Below are positions 58,385-64,000 of a stretch of DNA of 64,000 nucleotides, piece by piece. Location of the stretch: positions 1-64,000 of the IMG/VR virus record IMGVR_UViG_3300026473_000477; one strand, 5' to 3'. The position numbers and the translations under genes are program-made. The stretch comes from a virus. The stretch's first letter is position 1. Each line of letters begins with the position of its first letter. Below the pieces are notes generated by a model. The model searched no databases, had not been told where the DNA came from, and saw nothing but the letters and a program-made list of their open reading frames with translations.

Positions 58385-58598
58385 CTAATTTCCATAGCTT
58401 AATTAATATTGGATGAAGTGGAACAAAGCCTTTTATGTAATTATAAAATTCTTCAATTCCCAAAGATGACGGATAAAAATCCTGACTATTGACAAACTTA
58501 AAGTAATGATTTATACTATAATTATTAATATTTCTTACAATAATAATCTCACCATCTCTGGGATCAATGAAAACATCACCTTTCTTAATATTTATCAT
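58374..58598 (-). CDS. KVGD...HPxLVKLWRLD family member
   Basis: KKGD...HPILIKLWKLD. Confidence 0.8.
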   Translation of the reverse strand: MINIKKGDVFIDPRDGEIIIVRNINNYSINHYFKFVNSQDFYPSSLGIEEFYNYIKGFVPLHPILIKLWKLDVE

Positions 58599-58800
58599 CC
58601 AATCTCCAGAGATTTACTAATATCGGATGGACTTTTCCAATAAACATGTCGTCATAGTAATCAATAGGCAAATTAATATACTGTTTATATTTTTGATCGT
58701 AGCACAAAATCGTATCGCTGTCTATCGAAACAATATTATCTATACGCACTTCATCAAATAATTCATATAATACAACATCACCAGCTTTTAAATCTATCAC
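58585..58800 (-). CDS. KVGD...HPxLVKLWRLD family member
   Basis: KAGD...HPILVNLWRLD. Confidence 0.8.
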   Translation of the reverse strand: MIDLKAGDVVLYELFDEVRIDNIVSIDSDTILCYDQKYKQYINLPIDYYDDMFIGKVHPILVNLWRLDDKY

Positions 58801-59237
58801 AAATCCACCCCAAAACCTACAGCAATGCGTTTATCTGAAGTTCCCATTACCTGTAACTTAACAGCTCCATAAATTGGAACTAAAGCATTTAAGCCGTATT
58901 CTGTCTTTCCTGATAGATTAGCCGAATCTTTGATAGCCAGCATTCCAAGAGTAATTCCAGAGCCTTTGGTAATCTTATCAGACTTTACCACTAGTGTTCG
59001 ATCTTTATCCTCTCTGGTATTTGTATTTTCATCAATAGTTACAGTAACTTCTTTTGTTCCATCTGGCTTAGTAATTTCCTTTCTTACTTCTCTTTTCTTT
59101 TTGTCCTCAACCTTTACAACTTTTTCAATTTCTACTGTTTTGATCTTTTCTATAACTTGCGGCTTTTGTTGGAGAAGAAATCTGCCAATTAAAAGACCGA
59201 TAACAAGGCTTACTGAAACGTACTTTAAATTATTCAT
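58797..59237 (-). CDS. Membrane-anchored protein with C-terminal amphipathic beta strands (possible spanin-like/envelope protein)
   Basis: N-terminal TM; ends IAVGFGVDL. Confidence 0.5.
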   Translation of the reverse strand: MNNLKYVSVSLVIGLLIGRFLLQQKPQVIEKIKTVEIEKVVKVEDKKKREVRKEITKPDGTKEVTVTIDENTNTREDKDRTLVVKSDKITKGSGITLGMLAIKDSANLSGKTEYGLNALVPIYGAVKLQVMGTSDKRIAVGFGVDL

Positions 59238-59457
59238 CTAATCTCCATAGTTTGACCAGTATTGAGTGAATTTTAACATAATTACTTGACAAAGGAAAGT
59301 GACCCAGTCCGATGTGATCAATACCATTTATATAGCTTGCTTTGTATTTAAATTTATCATTAGAATATAATTCTAATATCTTTTCTATTTGAAGAACTTG
59401 CCCATTTATAGGATTAATAAAAAAGTAATATTCTCCAACTTTTGGATCATCTCTCAT
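59230..59457 (-). CDS. KVGD...HPxLVKLWRLD family member
   Basis: KVGE...HSILVKLWRLD. Confidence 0.8.
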   Translation of the reverse strand: MRDDPKVGEYYFFINPINGQVLQIEKILELYSNDKFKYKASYINGIDHIGLGHFPLSSNYVKIHSILVKLWRLDE

Positions 59458-59641
59458 TACTTTCCTCGTCAGCCTTTTTAGCCGATTCCATTGAAATTGA
59501 AAATGTAAGTGAAAAGATTACAGAAGCTAATAAACTTAGCAGTAAAGTTGAGAACGGACTCCAGCCACTAGCTTTTCCAATACTTCCAATAATATAGCCG
59601 ATTAATGTACAACCAATAAAGATAACAGCAAATCTAATCAT
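59447..59641 (-). CDS. Two-TM membrane protein
   Basis: Two hydrophobic helices. Confidence 0.6.
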   Translation of the reverse strand: MIRFAVIFIGCTLIGYIIGSIGKASGWSPFSTLLLSLLASVIFSLTFSISMESAKKADEESNER

Positions 59642-59754
59642 CGGTGAACTCCAAACTCTACTGGATGTTTAATATCTGGAGTGTCAGACTTTTTGCCAGT
59701 AGTTGAACATGATAATAACATACCTAATAAGAAAAGTACAGTAAAAGTTTTCAT
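59638..59754 (-). CDS. Small putative lipoprotein (38 aa), not in ORF track
   Basis: MKTFTVLFLLGMLLSC-STTGKK...; SD AAGGAG; ATGA coupling. Confidence 0.6.
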   Translation of the reverse strand: MKTFTVLFLLGMLLSCSTTGKKSDTPDIKHPVEFGVHR

Positions 59755-60158
59755 TTATTCTCCTTTTATTTCTTTAAGTGTTTTCATTAGTTCCTTGTCG
59801 CAAGAAACCTTGGCAAGCCAGTCTTGTGCGTCTAAGTACATCACGCAAGCATTTCTAAGCTTCTCATTTTGATCAATATGTTCCATAAGTGATAAGCTTT
59901 GTGCCATCGCAATCAATTTGATACTCATTTACGGAGGTTGATATTCCTTGGTCTATTTCATGTCCACAGGTCGAAATATTCTTCATTTTTCATCCTCTTG
60001 TTTGATTCCACACTTGGAACAATTATACACTATAGATGTTATTAATACAATAGATTTCCACTCATGCTGGCATTTTTCTTCTTTCTGGTTATTATCTGGA
60101 GTGTACCAGTCACTCCAGTCTTTGTAATATTCATAGCTTAGTATGTGCTTGTAATCTC

Positions 60159-60539
60159 TCATAAACCTGTATAAGTTAAGTAAATTTTCGACACCTTTTT
60201 ATAATAACTCTGACCAAAAGGATTCTTAATCTTTTTAGCTCCAGTTATTCCACTATTATGACAGATAACAAATGTATTGTCAACTTTATGTTTACAAAAT
60301 GTTTTACTATTGGCAAGGTTTTCAAGTCCAGCAGTAATGTTAGTTTTCCAGTCAAGTAATTGTAATTTTGAGTATTTGGAAAATTCAGGTCTGATTTGGA
60401 ATAAGCCAAGCTCGCCAATAGTTCCAATAGCTTGAGGATTAAAGTTGGATTCAGTTTTGATAACTGCTGCTGCCAAGTGAGGGTCAATGTTGTAATAAGG
60501 AGCGATTGTTATCAGTACGGATATTATTAATTGTTCCAT
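60159..60539 (-). CDS. Lytic transglycosylase (SLT domain)
   Basis: IDPHLAAAVIKTESNFNPQAIG...GLFQI...HNSG. Confidence 0.88.
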   Translation of the reverse strand: MEQLIISVLITIAPYYNIDPHLAAAVIKTESNFNPQAIGTIGELGLFQIRPEFSKYSKLQLLDWKTNITAGLENLANSKTFCKHKVDNTFVICHNSGITGAKKIKNPFGQSYYKKVSKIYLTYTGL

Positions 60540-60592
60540 AAAGTTAGTTTATACTATTATTGGTATAAAGTCAAGTTATACGGAAATTAGCA

Positions 60593-60979
60593 TTATCTTC
60601 TTTTCATAAAAGACCACACTAATGTCTTTCTATTTATACTATAAGAAGGGTTAAATTTTTTTATATATTTCTCAAAATTTTCAACCGTCTGATTTCCTTT
60701 TGATTTATTACAATCCCAACAGCAAGGTACACAATTCCCCGGAAGATATCCACCATTATTATTAAATCTATCAATACCAATCACATCCATATCTTTTTTA
60801 GTATTACAATAATGACAAGGTTGTTTTATTAAATAATTAAATACAGAGAAAGGAATATTGAAAGGTATTTGTTTAAATTTAGCTCTGTTTTTATATGAAT
60901 CATATTTTTCACCAATCTTTATCATGACTTCATATTTTAAACCGAACTGTTTTTCTAAATCTTCTACAAAACTCATCAA
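60593..60979 (-). CDS. HNH-type endonuclease
   Basis: CHYC...GIDR.NN..GY..GNCVPCCWDCNKSKG; ATGA overlap with PolB stop. Confidence 0.8.
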   Translation of the reverse strand: MMSFVEDLEKQFGLKYEVMIKIGEKYDSYKNRAKFKQIPFNIPFSVFNYLIKQPCHYCNTKKDMDVIGIDRFNNNGGYLPGNCVPCCWDCNKSKGNQTVENFEKYIKKFNPSYSINRKTLVWSFMKRR

Positions 60980-63468
60980 TACCTCAACTTAATTTTATAT
61001 CTCTCTTCTAGTTTAGTTAAACTACTTGTCTTATTATAGTCCTCAAAATCCTCAATTGTCAAGACATTTTTGAAAATATTTAAAGTATCAGTTAATCTTT
61101 GAAGATAATGCACGATATCAATATCAGACTTATCAAAATTTTCCACTAGTTTAAGAAAAGTATTTAGTTCTGTTTTTGGTAATCCTGTTTTCTTATAGTA
61201 TTGAATTTCTCCATCTTTAACAATATTCCGAACACCATCAACCGCATTGTAAAGGTAAATCTTGTTACCTTCTCTAACCTTGGAAATATCTCCAATAGCA
61301 TCAAGAATATTCGTTTCGTTTTTTCGAGTTCCGTTTAATAAAGCTTTAGTAACACTTTTCTTGACAGCCCATCGAGATATATCTTTAATATCTAATATTT
61401 CTTCAACATACTTTTGGTAAATTTTATTTAAGTTATCTTTTTTGTAAACTAGAGAATCTACGATATCTTTGATAAATTCAGATAATGCTGGCTCTTTCTT
61501 TGAGTCAATAATACTGGAACCTTTTAGTTTAATTTTATCGCTACCACTTTCTAACAAAATATAATTCTTAGCCTTTAAAACAATAAACCTATCAAATATT
61601 CCATCATCTTCCCAATTACAGTACATGATATCATTTAGTTCATTGTGTATATTCTCAATTTCTTTTTCTGTAAATTCTGACTGATCTTTTTTACAAAATG
61701 ACAAAGCATCAGTATCAATATTAACTAATTCAAAATCATGTCTGTTCATTTTACTATAACTAACATTAGTCTTCTGATCGATTTCATCAAAATTCAAAGC
61801 ATCTTGTTCTTCCTCATAATCTTGCCAGTAGTGGCGAATATCTCTGCCTGTAGCCCAAATTACAGCTTTCTGAAGTCCAGCTCTACAGTTTCTTGTGATC
61901 TGTGCTGCATGCTCAAAAGAGTTAAAATTTAAACCATTAGTTCCAAGAACACCATAAGAACTGTTAATAAAAATTTTTCCTGCGGCTTGTAAATCATCAT
62001 AATAGCTATCGTTAGTTTGTTTAAATAATTTTTTATTTTTTAAGCGATTCTCTGTAAAGTAGCGAACTGTTTTCACAAAAAGATTTTTTGGATCTTTAAC
62101 TGGATTGTGTATATTAAATCTTAATATTGTACTAGGATAATAAGAAGCTGCATCATATTTTAAAACATTTGAATATAGTCCTGGGACTCCATAACTCATA
62201 CCTCCTGCAACTCTAGCTGGTTCACTAGCCTTTGGAATGGAATGTCCCTCCTGTAGATATCCTCTGACTAAAACTGAATTAACCCATTTACCGGTTGCTC
62301 CTTGCATCATCTCCTCAAATGGAATTGGTAAAGATTGGCATGTATAAAAGTAAGATGTAATCATCCTAAAATATAAGTTTATTGTATCATCAGAATCATC
62401 AATACCATACTTAACAATCTTCTCTCTTTCTTCTGGAATATGCCAGTTATCCTTAATTTTAGAAGCATCGTAAAACTGTCTGTCTGGTGAAACAAAACCT
62501 TCAACTTCAGCAATTGGTTTCAGTCCCCAACTGGGATAGGATTTTCCAACTCCATAATTAACTGCAACAAATAATCCATCTATAATTTGTCTTCCGTATA
62601 TATGAGACTTTACATATTCCCAACTAGTATTCCCATCAACTCTCTTTTGAGAAGATTTACGCTTGAACTGTACTGAGCTAGAATCTCTCCCAAGTCTTAA
62701 TTCAGTTCCTCGAAGTTTCGCCACATGATTTAAATAAGGTAAATCGTAACCATAGCCATTCCAAAAGTTAACAATATCAGGATCAATCTCTCTAACCCAA
62801 TTACACCAATCATCAATCATTTGTCCTGAATCTTTATAATTATCTAATCTAAAATGTTTTTTTATTTCAACATCACCTTTCCTATATGTATTTGTAATTA
62901 GATAAACTTCAGACTTTTTATGATGAGTTAAACCTTCAGACTCAATATCAAAAGCTAATACACCTAAATCGCTTGGTTTAATACCTTTATAAAGAGTTAT
63001 ACCCTCAATAAGCATCACTTGTTCACGTTCGTTCCAAACCCCATAAGGTTCATGTTTTCGCCATAATTGCATGTATTTAGTAAACTGTTCATAAGTATCA
63101 AAAAATCTAATATATTTATAAGTTAAATTACCTTCAAGTTTCCGACACTTTAAATCTAGTTGTTGTTTAGCTAATAGCCAGAATCTAGCCTTTCTTACTT
63201 CAATAGACCCATCAATTTTAAATAATTTAACTTCAGTCTCATCAACCTCAACTGCTACTATTCCCAAGGTTTTATCTTTACCATAAATTAAGTTGTCATG
63301 ATACTCTAGTTCTTTTAAAAAAATCTTATATTTATCAGCTAAATCGAATGTATAAGAATCAGAAACAATCTTACCATCTTTTACTTCAAAATTTTCTTTA
63401 TCTTCATAAATAAAAGCTCTAAGTTCTTGGTAATCATGATCTGTATCAATTTTCCAAATGTTTGACAT
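60976..63468 (-). CDS. polB: Family B DNA polymerase
   Basis: ExoI FDIES, ExoII WNGYGYDLPYL, ExoIII YGIDD, region II YDAASYYPS, region III KIFINSSYG, region I NIDTDAL. Confidence 0.93.
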   Translation of the reverse strand: MSNIWKIDTDHDYQELRAFIYEDKENFEVKDGKIVSDSYTFDLADKYKIFLKELEYHDNLIYGKDKTLGIVAVEVDETEVKLFKIDGSIEVRKARFWLLAKQQLDLKCRKLEGNLTYKYIRFFDTYEQFTKYMQLWRKHEPYGVWNEREQVMLIEGITLYKGIKPSDLGVLAFDIESEGLTHHKKSEVYLITNTYRKGDVEIKKHFRLDNYKDSGQMIDDWCNWVREIDPDIVNFWNGYGYDLPYLNHVAKLRGTELRLGRDSSSVQFKRKSSQKRVDGNTSWEYVKSHIYGRQIIDGLFVAVNYGVGKSYPSWGLKPIAEVEGFVSPDRQFYDASKIKDNWHIPEEREKIVKYGIDDSDDTINLYFRMITSYFYTCQSLPIPFEEMMQGATGKWVNSVLVRGYLQEGHSIPKASEPARVAGGMSYGVPGLYSNVLKYDAASYYPSTILRFNIHNPVKDPKNLFVKTVRYFTENRLKNKKLFKQTNDSYYDDLQAAGKIFINSSYGVLGTNGLNFNSFEHAAQITRNCRAGLQKAVIWATGRDIRHYWQDYEEEQDALNFDEIDQKTNVSYSKMNRHDFELVNIDTDALSFCKKDQSEFTEKEIENIHNELNDIMYCNWEDDGIFDRFIVLKAKNYILLESGSDKIKLKGSSIIDSKKEPALSEFIKDIVDSLVYKKDNLNKIYQKYVEEILDIKDISRWAVKKSVTKALLNGTRKNETNILDAIGDISKVREGNKIYLYNAVDGVRNIVKDGEIQYYKKTGLPKTELNTFLKLVENFDKSDIDIVHYLQRLTDTLNIFKNVLTIEDFEDYNKTSSLTKLEERYKIKLRY

Positions 63469-63704
63469 TAAACCCTCACAGAATCTTTCAATTGGCAGAG
63501 AACATAAAAATTAACCATAGCATCTCTTCCAGCTTTTGTCAACTTGGCTGTCTTGAAATACCTCTTGATAATATCATCAACTTCCTGACATCTATACAAT
63601 ACCAGAAAATGCGAACATTCATCAATCAAATCCTCATCGGAATAATTTGAACATTTTACTTTTAGCTTTTGGATTAAATATATGCTTTCTGAGTAGTTTA
63701 TCAT
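63468..63704 (-). CDS. Hypothetical protein
   Basis: TAATG-coupled to PolB. Confidence 0.6.
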   Translation of the reverse strand: MINYSESIYLIQKLKVKCSNYSDEDLIDECSHFLVLYRCQEVDDIIKRYFKTAKLTKAGRDAMVNFYVLCQLKDSVRV

Positions 63705-63743
63705 ATTGGAAATATTTTACCAGATATGAGTAAAATTATCAAG

Positions 63744-64000
63744 TTAAATTATTTCTTTTCTTTTATTTTCCCCATCTCTAATACTTCTCTTGATCTGATA
63801 AACATCCTTGCTATCAAGCTCATTTGGGGCTAATTGCTCGCATAATTGCCAGATCTTGTCCTCATCTACCCCAGACAATGAAAGTGAGAATACGCATGAA
63901 TTTAAGCTATTAATCCACATTCCTTCTAATCCAGTTGGAGCATTTCTAATGAAGAACTCAACGCTTTCAGGAATTGTCTCTTTATCCTTTCCGTACAATT
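63744..64000 (-). CDS. C-terminal fragment of a gene entering from the right edge, possibly a primase C-terminal helical domain
   Basis: Open to the window edge; helical, adjacent to PolB; product is a guess. Confidence 0.35.
   Translation of the reverse strand, partial: LYGKDKETIPESVEFFIRNAPTGLEGMWINSLNSCVFSLSLSGVDEDKIWQLCEQLAPNELDSKDVYQIKRSIRDGENKRKEII

Noticed and set aside
48092-59268. 34-bp WRLD repeats as integron attC sites or DGR repeats
   Set aside because: No GTTRRRY/RYYYAAC cores, no integrase or reverse transcriptase in the window, and variation is mostly synonymous rather than adenine-specific
45944-63650. Plus-strand ORFs in the right-hand leftward region (45944, 51599, 53298, 55104, 57471, 58930, 59681, 61738, 63462)
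   Set aside because: Antisense shadows of recognisable genes

Overview
A 64 kb slice of an AT-rich (roughly one third GC, by eye) tailed dsDNA phage, apparently lytic in this slice: no integrase, tRNA or CRISPR array was seen. Layout: (i) 1-4.3 kb, leftward small early genes behind five near-consensus sigma70 promoters; (ii) 4.4-5.4 kb, a mostly non-coding switch region with a structured RNA candidate and a G-rich tract; (iii) 6.9-44.1 kb, a rightward P22-like (podovirus-type) virion module (terminase, portal, scaffold, capsid, fibres, adaptor, tail hub, ejection proteins), preceded at nine sites by a conserved -35-less motif AWTATYGCTATWATAT and interrupted by an antisense RNA-repair operon (PNK/phosphatase, RlaP-type nucleotidyltransferase, RNA ligase 1); (iv) 44.1-64 kb, leftward metabolism and replication genes (ClpP-like, dUTPase, resolvase, dATP/dGTP diphosphohydrolase, exonuclease, M15 peptidase, NrdAB, SLT, PolB). 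Most unusual signals: (a) two paralogous structured non-coding RNAs (4428-4860 +, 36891-37130 -) with an identical 15-nt core and covarying stems but different loops; the loop of the second is a perfect 13-nt complement of the terminator-containing leader RNA in front of the RNA-repair operon; (b) seven dispersed ~70-aa genes whose conserved C-terminal HPxLVKLWRLD tail is also the SD and start codon of the next gene; (c) strong over-representation of CCACTAG/CTAGTGG. All calls are by eye from motifs and synteny; no database search or folding program was run.
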